Shown here piece after piece: positions 41,993 to 51,876 of a stretch of 64,000 nucleotides of DNA. The notes below the pieces were generated by a model. It was not told the DNA's origin. It ran no database searches and worked only from the letters and a program-made list of their open reading frames with translations. The stretch lies in assembly GCA_018992685.1 (NCBI GenBank), contig JACVGT010000021.1:81748-145747 (forward strand). Direction: 5' to 3'. The DNA comes from Theionarchaea archaeon. GTDB taxonomy: Archaea; Methanobacteriota_B; Thermococci; Methanofastidiosales; SZ-28-30. Both the position numbers and the translations under genes were made by a program. The stretch's first letter is position 1; every line of letters begins with the position of its first letter.

Positions 41993-43786
41993 GTGTCCCC
42001 TTTGACAAGAAAGAGACTCTGCATTCTGATCTCCGCAGTTCTTGGAGAGGTTGGTCTTTTCTGGTTGGTGCTGGAAATATGGAATGGGGAATCATCCCTG
42101 GGGGCCTACATTCTGGGCTCAATCATCGTTTCAATGTCAATTTGCTATTTGACTCTTGAATCTGAAGACTATAGAATTCCCACTTTTCTCGTCTTTATGG
42201 CATGTCTATACCTTACAAGTGCCTATTTTATGTATGTTGCCTTTGGTTCGCTCCCGCCTGGAGATGAAATGATTGAGTATGCAGCAATTGATATGTTTTC
42301 GGCTGAAAATCACCTTTTTGCCGTCAAATCATCGCCGGACACTCCGTGGTATTTTTCCTCCCCTGCCAACAGGCTCGCGTGGTACACATCATGGCCAGGA
42401 ATCTATAGTTGCTCTGTTTCTCTGGTTGAGGTATCGGGAATCGATCCATACTATGTGCCAATGATTCTACCTTTGTTCTTTACCATTGTGAAATTCATGA
42501 TTGTGTATTCCCTTGCTGTCCACATAGGTAATGATTTGTCTTTGCATAAGAATTTTATTCCCATTTTTGTTCTTATCTTTGCATTTTTGCCTGAATCCAT
42601 CTATTTTAATTTCAAGTTTGTCAGGCAGAATATGGCCATTGTCTTATTCTTTTTCATCATATACTTGTCCTATAGAATTGCTACTTCTCGGACCAAATTG
42701 AGTCCTCTATCCTGGCTTTTCTGGCTTTTCTCGATAGTCCTTGTTATCACCCATCATCTAACATCATTCATTTACATATCTTACTTGTTTTTTATTATTT
42801 TTTTCTCTGTGGTTTTCAAATACAAATACAGAATCGATTTGAAAATTAGGACGATAATCCTGCCAATTTTCGCTATAATGTCTGTGGTGATTGTGGGTTT
42901 CTGGACGAACTTTTCTAGTCTGATTATGGGATCAATAGAGGCAGCACTCAATAACATTCATTCATTTTCATTGTCTTTCATTACAAGCCATTGCTTCCCT
43001 CAGGTGCTCACACCGTTTTGGTCAATCATCCTCTTGAATATGAGAGACTTTCTTCTTTTGATTGGATGTTTAGCCGGATATGCTCTCCTCATTGTTTTTT
43101 TCCTCAGAATGGATAAAACTGGCAAAAAGGTACCAATTGTATCCTTTTTAGTGTTGTCAATTTCCTCCTTTGGGATTATTTTTCTCCTTCTTGTTCTTCT
43201 TAGAAGGGAACCCTTTCGGATGATAGCGATTTGCACACCCTTCCTCTCTCTGACCTTTTCTTTCTTCATGCTCAAATTGAATGAGAGAAGAACATTCTCA
43301 TTCGTTCTCATTTTCTTAATAGTTTTCTCGTCCTTCTTGGGATTTTGGGGGCACCAATATGTGCCGCTACACATGTATTCAAGTCAAGTTCAGAAAGAAG
43401 AGGTCGAGGGCTTTATTATGTTCGATACGTCTAGAGTTGAAGCATTGAAGGGATTTTTCGATCAGGATTACAGAATTTCAACAGAAGCTCAGATTCTCTC
43501 TGATGGAAGACAAATCTTTTTTGTCCTCGCCCCGCGCCATTATTCGAATGTATATAGTACGACTGCATTCACGCCATATTACACGTATGAACAGGCGTTC
43601 ACTGAAAGCGAAAACATTATTATCGTCTGTTTCAATACGGCATTCTACTCCCACTTCAACCCACATTGCGGAGCAGGAGATTTATACATTTCGTGGGAGA
43701 GAATATTCACTAGAGGGGAGGAGGGAGATAAGATATACGATAGTGGAATCCAGGTGTATGTGAACTCATCTGATCCAGAGATGTGA
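41993..43786 (+). CDS. Multi-TM GT-C-like membrane protein (DUF2206-like)
   Basis: More than 12 hydrophobic segments, acidic GDE in the first external loop, WPG, ITHHLTS; located within the glycosyltransferase cluster. Confidence 0.6.
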   Translation: MSPLTRKRLCILISAVLGEVGLFWLVLEIWNGESSLGAYILGSIIVSMSICYLTLESEDYRIPTFLVFMACLYLTSAYFMYVAFGSLPPGDEMIEYAAIDMFSAENHLFAVKSSPDTPWYFSSPANRLAWYTSWPGIYSCSVSLVEVSGIDPYYVPMILPLFFTIVKFMIVYSLAVHIGNDLSLHKNFIPIFVLIFAFLPESIYFNFKFVRQNMAIVLFFFIIYLSYRIATSRTKLSPLSWLFWLFSIVLVITHHLTSFIYISYLFFIIFFSVVFKYKYRIDLKIRTIILPIFAIMSVVIVGFWTNFSSLIMGSIEAALNNIHSFSLSFITSHCFPQVLTPFWSIILLNMRDFLLLIGCLAGYALLIVFFLRMDKTGKKVPIVSFLVLSISSFGIIFLLLVLLRREPFRMIAICTPFLSLTFSFFMLKLNERRTFSFVLIFLIVFSSFLGFWGHQYVPLHMYSSQVQKEEVEGFIMFDTSRVEALKGFFDQDYRISTEAQILSDGRQIFFVLAPRHYSNVYSTTAFTPYYTYEQAFTESENIIIVCFNTAFYSHFNPHCGAGDLYISWERIFTRGEEGDKIYDSGIQVYVNSSDPEM

Positions 43787-43790
43787 TTCT

Positions 43791-45356
43791 ATGACAAGAT
43801 CCAAGAATGTAAACAACCGCCACAGAGTCATCATCGTGGGACTTGATGGAGCTTCCTGGGAGGCATTGAATCCCCTTATTCAAGAAGGTCTGGTTCCCAC
43901 CATAGAGATGCTTTGCAGAGAAGGATGCAGTGGAGTCCTGCAAAGTACCATTCCTCCCATAACTCCTCCCGCCTGGACCTCTCTGGTTACGGGGGTGAAT
44001 CCAGGAAAACATGGCATTTTTGACATGACAATCGTTGACACAGACTATCATCAGAAGCTTCCGAGTTCTTTTGACATTCAGGCTGACACTCTGTGGGACC
44101 TAATTGAAAATTCTGTAGTAATCGATTTCCCCGTATCATATCCCCCTAATGCGATTTCTGGAGTTATGATTTCAGGAATGTTTACTCCGCACAGAGGCAA
44201 GGAATTCACTCATCCAAAGGCGCTGCGAGATGAAATCCTTCACACGATGCCACACTACAAGTTTGACCTACATTGGGAAAGATATCGGGGCAGAAAAGAA
44301 CAGCTCCTGACCAACCTATATGGGATGACTGAAGATAGGGAGTATTTGCTTTTCAGGTTCCTAAACACGGCGTGGAATCTGTTTTTCATCGTATTTACAG
44401 GAACAGACAGATTGCAGCACGTAGCATGGAATGAACAGGAACTGAAGGATTATTACTGTTATCTGGATCAGATTCTAGAGAAAGTTCTCCAGAAAATAGA
44501 GAACACAGAAACTATTCTCCTCATGGTCTCAGATCATGGATTCGATGCAGTTAGCAACGTAGTCAATATTAACACATTCTTATATGAGGAAGGATACTTG
44601 AACTTGAAGAAGCGTGTATCGCCATTACGCCGTCTGGGGGTGACAGAAGAGCGCATATTTAGATTACTGAATAAGTTTCAGCTAATCGATACTCGACTAG
44701 CCTTACAATATCCTGCAGTAACTAGATTTACAAGAAAGCTTCTTCCGAGAAGCAGCAGCTTTGATCTTGAGAATGATGTCGAGTGGAGTAAAACAGAAGC
44801 TTTTTTCAGTGGATATGGGATATATATAAATGACACGAGATTCAGAAAAGGCATAGTCACAGATGATGTTGTAGTCAGAGAGGGCATAATTGAGAAACTG
44901 AAATCCATTAGAGATCCCGCAAGTGGAAAAAGGGTCATAGAGAATATTTATACAAGAGAGGATATCTATGTTGGTTCTAACTCAGGATCGGCGCCTGATT
45001 TGGTAATTATTCCCAAAAGAGGCTATTCTCTTGGCGAGGCCATCTCTAGTGTGATTGAACCAACAGATTTCATGAAAGCAGATCATCGTCCGGAAGGGGT
45101 TTGTATAGTATTCGGACCAGGTATTAAGAAAGGAAAGACCCTCGGGAATGTCTCTATTTGTGACATTGCCCCCACAACCCTTCACATTTTAGGATTCATG
45201 CAGCCCGGGTACATGGATGGGACTGCGCGTCAAGAAATATTTCAGCAGGACTCAGACTTGGCAGCATCGACTGAACTGAAAATCATTAGCGAGAGGTTAA
45301 GGATTAAAAAGAACGTTAGAGATCTGAAAAAATCTGGGAAACTTGGCCTCATATGA
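43791..45356 (+). CDS. Alkaline-phosphatase-superfamily nucleotide pyrophosphatase/phosphodiesterase
   Basis: GLDGA, STIPPITPPAWTSLVTG.NPGKHG, DRLQH, SDHGF, DHRPEG, DIAPT. Confidence 0.9.
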   Translation: MTRSKNVNNRHRVIIVGLDGASWEALNPLIQEGLVPTIEMLCREGCSGVLQSTIPPITPPAWTSLVTGVNPGKHGIFDMTIVDTDYHQKLPSSFDIQADTLWDLIENSVVIDFPVSYPPNAISGVMISGMFTPHRGKEFTHPKALRDEILHTMPHYKFDLHWERYRGRKEQLLTNLYGMTEDREYLLFRFLNTAWNLFFIVFTGTDRLQHVAWNEQELKDYYCYLDQILEKVLQKIENTETILLMVSDHGFDAVSNVVNINTFLYEEGYLNLKKRVSPLRRLGVTEERIFRLLNKFQLIDTRLALQYPAVTRFTRKLLPRSSSFDLENDVEWSKTEAFFSGYGIYINDTRFRKGIVTDDVVVREGIIEKLKSIRDPASGKRVIENIYTREDIYVGSNSGSAPDLVIIPKRGYSLGEAISSVIEPTDFMKADHRPEGVCIVFGPGIKKGKTLGNVSICDIAPTTLHILGFMQPGYMDGTARQEIFQQDSDLAASTELKIISERLRIKKNVRDLKKSGKLGLI

Positions 45357-46269
45357 GTTTTCCTCCAGCTTCTTCAATAGGAAAGCGAAAATCATACATA
45401 TTTCGAATCCAGAAAGAACTGCCCCTCGATCTGACCTCGTGCATTCTGGGTTCTTCCCACAGTGGAGCCAAAACACTGCGCAATTCGGTGTCTCTACTAA
45501 TGAATGCATTTGGCAAGACAATGTCAGGCATGTGAAATCCTGATAAAATACTTACAGCCAGTAGGTATTGTTCATTATAGAAGCGATTTCTCAGTCGTGT
45601 GTCGTAATCATAGGGAAGAAAAACGTCATGGAATTCCACAAATATATTTGCCTTCAATCTCGGTAATATGTCGAGGAAGATGACAGTTACATCAGAGTTC
45701 ATGAAACATTGATGGGAACCATCTATGAAAAGAATATCACCCTCCTGCAGCTCATTAAAAAGAGCTAGATCAGTATCCTGAAGATATGTCCGGACAGGGC
45801 GATCGCAAAGCTCATCGATCTGTTCTCTGGGGGCAGGATCGAATGAAGTGATTTCTGTCTGTAGCCCATAATCTGCAATTGTTTTTCTGGCAAACTTTGT
45901 GGACCATCCTGAGCCGATTTCATAATAATTTCGAGGATTGTTCAGGAGGAGAAATGAGCAAAGAGCAACGGAATCCAATCCAGAAAACCACTTATTGTTC
46001 CAGCTTGGCTCATAGGAGTTCGAATTATTTAGACCGATCGAGAAAAAGTATTCTTTGAAGCTCAGGAATTGTTCAAGAGTTTTTCTGTATACAGCTCTTT
46101 TCTGATTGATGATCTTGTAGAGAACGGGGTGAGGTTGTGCGAGGTCGTATCGCGGAATGGGTGTACCCTTATAGTCTATAGGAGCAAGTGGGTGACCACC
46201 CAGCATGGCAGCAATTCTGTAAGCCAATGAATTTTGTTCGATCAATCCTACTATCCAGTTCTTGTCCAT
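45349..46269 (-). CDS. Class I SAM-dependent methyltransferase (Methyltransf_24-like)
   Basis: EIGSGWST, DILFIDGSH, FHDVFLP, NEQY. Confidence 0.82.
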   Translation of the reverse strand: MDKNWIVGLIEQNSLAYRIAAMLGGHPLAPIDYKGTPIPRYDLAQPHPVLYKIINQKRAVYRKTLEQFLSFKEYFFSIGLNNSNSYEPSWNNKWFSGLDSVALCSFLLLNNPRNYYEIGSGWSTKFARKTIADYGLQTEITSFDPAPREQIDELCDRPVRTYLQDTDLALFNELQEGDILFIDGSHQCFMNSDVTVIFLDILPRLKANIFVEFHDVFLPYDYDTRLRNRFYNEQYLLAVSILSGFHMPDIVLPNAFISRDTELRSVLAPLWEEPRMHEVRSRGSSFWIRNMYDFRFPIEEAGGKLI

Positions 46270-46352
46270 ACGTAGTTTTCATCACTCAACATTATGAGTC
46301 TTTCCTCCACAATTATTCGGCTGATTACGTTGATGAAAAATCCATGCTGTTC

Positions 46353-47009
46353 TTATTCTTTTCTCAGCACCCCTTCTGTCATGATATATCGCTTCGTAAT
46401 ATGAATACGACTGATGGGGTCATGAGATACCACAATGACAGTCACTCCAAATTCCTTGTTGATAGATGATAACGTCTCATGGATCAGGTGTGAGTTACCG
46501 ATATCCAGGTTTGAGGAGGGTTCGTCCGCCAGAATGATGTGGGGATTGTTGGACAGAGCCCTCAGGATTGCTACGCGCTGGTTCTCTCCCCCACTGAGCT
46601 CATCTGGTCTCTTGTCTCTCAGGTGACTCATATCAAAGGCTGTCAACAGATCCTCTACCCGTTTCTTCCTCCCTTCTTTTCCTGCCAGGAGTAGGGGTAA
46701 TTCTATGTTATCATAAACAGTCAACGTAGGGAGTAGGTTATAGTCCTGAAAAATGAACCCCATGGTGTTCAGTCGAAAATCCGAGAGCTCGTTTTCTGTC
46801 ATTGCATCTATGTTCTTCCCAAAGATGGTGCAGGTTCCCGAAGTGGCTTTCTCAAGACATCCAATCAGTTTCAGCAACGTGGTCTTTCCACTTCCTGATC
46901 TCCCATCAATCAGGAGAAGGTCTCCTTCATCAACAGCAAGAGAAACATTCTGTACTGCATATACCCCATTGTACGTCTTAGTTAAGTCCACAGTTTCTAC
47001 AGCATGCAT
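46353..47009 (-). CDS. ABC transporter ATPase, LolD/MacB subfamily
   Basis: GRSGSGKTT, GFIFQDYNLL, LSGGENQRVAI, LADEP, VVSHD. Confidence 0.95.
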   Translation of the reverse strand: MHAVETVDLTKTYNGVYAVQNVSLAVDEGDLLLIDGRSGSGKTTLLKLIGCLEKATSGTCTIFGKNIDAMTENELSDFRLNTMGFIFQDYNLLPTLTVYDNIELPLLLAGKEGRKKRVEDLLTAFDMSHLRDKRPDELSGGENQRVAILRALSNNPHIILADEPSSNLDIGNSHLIHETLSSINKEFGVTVIVVSHDPISRIHITKRYIMTEGVLRKE

Positions 47010-47051
47010 CTCGATAACCTTATATTACGTCTATAAAAAGGTGTGGTGAGC

Positions 47052-48059
47052 ATGTTGAAAATTGTGGCAAAAAACCTGACAGGACAGAAGGTACGCGTTT
47101 TCCTACTTATTTTCACTCTCGGAGTGGGAGTCATGGTTTTTGTGTCACTCTCTGCGCTGCTCCAGGGGTTAGAATTCTCAGTATACCAGACATTTGAAGG
47201 ATTTTCCCAGGAGAGGGATATCTTGCTGGTAAAGGGGACGGTCGAACTGCCTGTACCCTCGCAGGCTCTCTCTGTATGCACTGTGGAAGAAAGGGTTCTT
47301 CCCACCGGAACAGTGCTCATAAAGCATGTTGATCTCGCTCAGTTTGAGAATCTCACTTCTATCTCGATGGTGGAAGGTGACTATCCCGAATCAGGTACTG
47401 AATGTATTACTGAATACTTTTTCTCGCAAAAGGAAGACATCACTCTGGGAGCACTCTTTCTTGACTACAAGGTGGTGGGCATTTTCTTTCACCAGAAAGG
47501 GTTCTACACTCATGTAATTGCCACCACGCCATACACAGGATATACTCTGACTGAAATGAAGGTTGATCCTGACCAGTACAACGAAATTGCCTCTCAGATA
47601 CCTTCGTCCTTCCCGGCCAGGGAGCTTTCCTACTTTTTTTCAGAAGGAACAGTAAGACTTCATGAAACACTGGAGCAAATGCTCGGGATTGTTGTGGCTA
47701 TTCTGGTGCTCAGTGTCTTTATCAGCATGAATGCAGCTGTCCTGGAACGAAAGTGGGAAATTGGAGTGCTCAGAGCCCTGGGAGCCAAAAGATCATTTAT
47801 CTTGCGCCTTTTTCTCTATGAAAGTGTCATTATTTCATTCCTGGCGGCAGGCATAGGAATTGCGCTGGGCATCATTTTCTCCAATTCACTTACTGTATTC
47901 TTCTCAGAAATTCAACAAGTTAAGGGGATTCAGCCTGTGATGACAGCAGCGCTTTTGGTTGAGGCTGTAGCAGGCCCTCTGCTAATCGGAGTTCTGGGAG
48001 GTATTCTCCCCGCATATAGGGCCTCCAGAATGGATATAAGTGAATGCCTGGTGGTGTGA
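47052..48059 (+). CDS. FtsX/MacB-type ABC permease
   Basis: One N-terminal TM, an extracellular domain, then ERKWEIGVLRALGA...FLYES and PAYRASRM. Confidence 0.9.
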   Translation: MLKIVAKNLTGQKVRVFLLIFTLGVGVMVFVSLSALLQGLEFSVYQTFEGFSQERDILLVKGTVELPVPSQALSVCTVEERVLPTGTVLIKHVDLAQFENLTSISMVEGDYPESGTECITEYFFSQKEDITLGALFLDYKVVGIFFHQKGFYTHVIATTPYTGYTLTEMKVDPDQYNEIASQIPSSFPARELSYFFSEGTVRLHETLEQMLGIVVAILVLSVFISMNAAVLERKWEIGVLRALGAKRSFILRLFLYESVIISFLAAGIGIALGIIFSNSLTVFFSEIQQVKGIQPVMTAALLVEAVAGPLLIGVLGGILPAYRASRMDISECLVV

Positions 48060-51000
48060 TGATTTCTCTCATTAGAAAGCCAATTCTTAAGAGGAGGAGA
48101 ATCCTGATGACAGGAATCTCCATTGTCTTGTCCACCATGCTCTTCTTCTGTGTAAGTTCCGCTCTGGAATTCGTGGATCAGTCTTCTCAGGAGTATTTGG
48201 GCGACGAACAAACATTTATACTGACAGAGGGTGGATCCACAACACTGAGAGATACTGTGTTGGGCATGGGCTTGGCAGAGGCTTTGCAGGGACTATCAGG
48301 AATATATCTCGTGAGCCCTGAGAATTTCTACTATGAAACGCTGGAAGGAGAGCCAGTCATCATCAGGGGAGTGACTCCCACCTTTTTTGAACTGGAACAG
48401 ATTTCCATACAGGGGCGGATTCTCGACGCCTCTGATTTACACAGTGCTGTCATTGGAAGTGAAATCTCTCAGCGGTTTCGCCTATCTGTGGGAGATTCCT
48501 TTATCATTCCCGATCCTATTCATTCGTCGTACATTGAATATACAGTAGTGGGTATTCTCAAAAGCTCTGGCTTCTTGGATAGTGAAATACTTATTCCCCT
48601 TGAGAGCGGCTGGGTCCTTGCTCACCATCCTCGCACCGGTACAGTCAGTGTCATCAGGGTGAAGGTCGACCCTTCAGTCTGGCCTACCTATGAAGAGTTG
48701 TATCGGGTGCTCAAGGAGCCTCCTGAACTCTCAAACCTCCACTCTTACCCTCTTCCTGGCGAGCCACGGATCACTCTCTCAGGAACAGTCTATGATAACA
48801 TGAAGGTGGATGCGGTTCAGGCGTATTACCTGGTGGACACCACGTGGAAGACCAGTTCGGCTCGCGTTGAGGATACTACCTTCGAGGCAGAGATACCTGC
48901 GCGCAGCGAGCAGTACTATGTCACTGCCCGTGATGTCGTCGGAAATGTCACCTCAACCACGGTACAAAGAACAATCCCTCTACAATCAGGCGCTGTTCAG
49001 TACTCACTTACCCCAGAGAATCCAACTGCAGATGATACTCTCACTATTCACTGCTTTTCAGATGCAGATGATGTCAGCCTATACTATACTACAGCGGGGC
49101 CATGGTCCCGACTGGAAATGAGGAAACAGGACGGAAAATTCATTGGCGAGGTGGGGACTCTCAAGGGAGAACTTTTGTTCTACTTTGTCGTTGACACGGG
49201 GGGTATTGAGTATGAAAGCCCCATTTACAAATGCACTGTGGAGAAGGAAAGAGACAAAGGTATCATACAGAGAATCCTCGAAGGGAATAAAATTACGCAG
49301 ACCCAAATCATGTTCCCAGAAGGCATAACTGGTGATTTTGATCTTCATTCGTCACAGGAGTTTTCGGAGGACATAAAGAAGGTTGGTCTGGGGAACCTGT
49401 ACGCTCTGACCATGGTAATCCTGGTGGTCACTGTTCTAGCAACAGTCATGGCCATTTTCTCTTCCATGACTGCAGCCGTTTTTGAATCCAGAAGGGAGAT
49501 TGGGATTCTGCTCTCCCTGGGCGGAAGGCGTTCTGTACTCTACAGTGTATTTCTCATCCATTCCGTGGCCATTTCACTGGCTGCAGGAATCCTGGGAAGC
49601 GTCGGAGGGTATGGGCTGCTTCACCTGATCCATCGCTACGGAACGCTAGTTGCAGGTACAATCTTGATAGAGCCACTTCTGGATGGTCGCATCTTTCTGA
49701 CCAGTCTCCTGTTTGCTGTAGGGATGGGTTGCGTGGCTACCTTCTTCTCGGTGAGGATACTCTCCTCACTGAATCCCTCTGAAGCGCTCAAACGGGTGTA
49801 TCTTGTGAAGGAATCTGGAAGAAAAATCCCCTCTTTCACTTTTCTCCCGGGGGATAGAACCAAGAGCATACTGGTGGTGATCCTCCTGCTAGTATTCTCT
49901 TCAGCACTCCACCTGTATCCCACACTCCGTACTGGACTTCCCTTTGATCCAGATGCATGGTCTCACTATTCCCTCTCCACCGGGATGATCACAACACATC
50001 ACTCTCTGGAAGAACATCCCTTTTTCTATCTCAACTATAATACTCACTGGCAGGCTGTAACGTTCATCCTGTCAGAGTGCAGTCTTGTTTCGGGGATTGA
50101 CCCACTGGATATTACTCGGATTCTCATCCCCCTCATTTCTTCTATATCACTCATTCTCATCTATGCATTGACAGTCCTGGTGTCCAAGTCACGAGTTTCG
50201 GGGGCTGTTTCAGCTGCCGTGTTCTGTGTAGGGGGAATATATATCAACCGATCTTCAGCCGTGACCAAAGAAAGCCTGGCTTTCACTCTCCTTCTCCTCA
50301 CCATCTACCTATACGGAGCAGGAAGATTGAAGAAAAGTCCTGCATTCTATGTTCTTTCCTTTATCAGCTATCCGTGTCTGTTGGTGACACACCACATAAC
50401 TACACTTCTGTTCATCTTGATCCTTCTTTCTATTTCTGTCCCTTTGATGTTATATGAATTGTACAGAGGAACGAATCGAAGGTGGACAGGAATTCTTGAT
50501 ATAACCTTTGTAGTTTACTGCATTACTCTCTTTTACTGGTTCAACAGGGATATGAGTGACTTCCTGCGATTTGGGTTTAGTGATATCTCTCTCCTGCTAT
50601 CCTACCTCCTCGTGGTAGGCAGTACTTTTACATATCTAGCTCTCAGACAGAGTCTCAAAAAGACGATCCTCATGAGTATGTGCGGTTCAGCATGTCTCAT
50701 ACTGCTCCCGTATTTTATCATAGAGTTCAATGTATATTCTGCTGCCCCATCAGAATTTCTCAAGGAGGTTCCTCCCTATGCAATCTGGATGGTCCTGGGC
50801 AGTATTGGCGTTTTCCCCTTACTGACACGGTCTGCAGAGAGAAGACTTCTCTTTTCCGGATGGATTGCTGCTGTCAGTTCCTTTCTTTTGTTTGCATTGA
50901 CCAGGGAACGGTCTGCATTCAGTTTTCTCCTCCTCTTCAGGACGATTTCCTACGGGTACCAGGTCCTGGCCATCATGGCAGGAATGGGAATCGTATTTCT

Positions 51001-51427
51001 CATACAGAAAGGCTCTTCACGGACCCGCAGCGGAATACTTCTCTTTGGAATTGCGGTAGTAATACTTTCCTTTTATTCTGTCCAGTCCGGGTATCTTGGA
51101 AGCTACTATGAGCAGAAGGATCTGTACTGGATGCCCGAATACACAGCAGGAACCTGGGCGGGAGAGTACCTTACAGGTCCAGCGCTAACTGACGAACGTT
51201 TCGGCAAGCTTCTGCAGGGCGTGGCACAAGTCGATTATGACCTGATTGGATTCAGCCAGCTCATGATCAAGGGAGAAGGTCCAGAGGGCGTGATAATCCT
51301 GTATAATGACATGTATATCCATGGATTCGTGGTAGATGTGAATTTCATCCACCCTCAGAAAACGATGGATTCCTTTGACTGCGTGTATGCTAATCCAGTG
51401 GTAACTGTACACAGAAAAGAAGAGTGA
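48059..51427 (+). CDS. FtsX/MacB-type permease with Ig-like inserts fused to a C-terminal GT-C-like multi-TM domain
   Basis: MacB-like core (IIRGV, AVIGSEI..RF.LSVGD, YTVVGIL), ESRREIGILLSLGG, NPSEALK, then FDPDAWSHY, TKESLA, VTHHIT. One uninterrupted frame. Confidence 0.78.
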   Translation: MISLIRKPILKRRRILMTGISIVLSTMLFFCVSSALEFVDQSSQEYLGDEQTFILTEGGSTTLRDTVLGMGLAEALQGLSGIYLVSPENFYYETLEGEPVIIRGVTPTFFELEQISIQGRILDASDLHSAVIGSEISQRFRLSVGDSFIIPDPIHSSYIEYTVVGILKSSGFLDSEILIPLESGWVLAHHPRTGTVSVIRVKVDPSVWPTYEELYRVLKEPPELSNLHSYPLPGEPRITLSGTVYDNMKVDAVQAYYLVDTTWKTSSARVEDTTFEAEIPARSEQYYVTARDVVGNVTSTTVQRTIPLQSGAVQYSLTPENPTADDTLTIHCFSDADDVSLYYTTAGPWSRLEMRKQDGKFIGEVGTLKGELLFYFVVDTGGIEYESPIYKCTVEKERDKGIIQRILEGNKITQTQIMFPEGITGDFDLHSSQEFSEDIKKVGLGNLYALTMVILVVTVLATVMAIFSSMTAAVFESRREIGILLSLGGRRSVLYSVFLIHSVAISLAAGILGSVGGYGLLHLIHRYGTLVAGTILIEPLLDGRIFLTSLLFAVGMGCVATFFSVRILSSLNPSEALKRVYLVKESGRKIPSFTFLPGDRTKSILVVILLLVFSSALHLYPTLRTGLPFDPDAWSHYSLSTGMITTHHSLEEHPFFYLNYNTHWQAVTFILSECSLVSGIDPLDITRILIPLISSISLILIYALTVLVSKSRVSGAVSAAVFCVGGIYINRSSAVTKESLAFTLLLLTIYLYGAGRLKKSPAFYVLSFISYPCLLVTHHITTLLFILILLSISVPLMLYELYRGTNRRWTGILDITFVVYCITLFYWFNRDMSDFLRFGFSDISLLLSYLLVVGSTFTYLALRQSLKKTILMSMCGSACLILLPYFIIEFNVYSAAPSEFLKEVPPYAIWMVLGSIGVFPLLTRSAERRLLFSGWIAAVSSFLLFALTRERSAFSFLLLFRTISYGYQVLAIMAGMGIVFLIQKGSSRTRSGILLFGIAVVILSFYSVQSGYLGSYYEQKDLYWMPEYTAGTWAGEYLTGPALTDERFGKLLQGVAQVDYDLIGFSQLMIKGEGPEGVIILYNDMYIHGFVVDVNFIHPQKTMDSFDCVYANPVVTVHRKEE

Positions 51428-51455
51428 TCCCCACTCCCGCTCGGCTGTTCTCTCT

Positions 51456-51833
51456 CTAAGGCCCTCCTCTGTCTTTCTTCTTGATAATACTTCTTCGTAT
51501 AGCACCACAGAGAAAACACAGTATACTGAAAAGGGACAGAGAGTACACAACAGGGATGAGAGAAATCTCCCACAGTACATCCAGGATAACGCCTCCCAAG
51601 ACAGTGACACAGATACTCAACCCAAAACTCAGGGCCAGTGCTTCTATTGGGTCCAGTTCTTTGTGTGGAAACAGTGCGTAAACCAGGGAACCGCCAGGAA
51701 GAAAAAGGACGAATATGAACCCTGCAACTGCTCTCCCATAGACAGGAGCAAGAATCCACACAGTGCACAAGGCAACAATCACACAGATAATCAGTGCGTC
51801 CCTTGGTTTCACCATGGTCCTACTCCTGGTCAT
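51456..51833 (-). CDS. DUF1616-like small membrane protein
   Basis: FVLFLPG.SLVYALFP..ELD.IE.LALSFGLSI. Confidence 0.8.
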   Translation of the reverse strand: MTRSRTMVKPRDALIICVIVALCTVWILAPVYGRAVAGFIFVLFLPGGSLVYALFPHKELDPIEALALSFGLSICVTVLGGVILDVLWEISLIPVVYSLSLFSILCFLCGAIRRSIIKKKDRGGP

Positions 51834-51876
51834 TACTTTTAAGGTTGTGTGCGGATACAGTTTTTCCGGAATGAGG

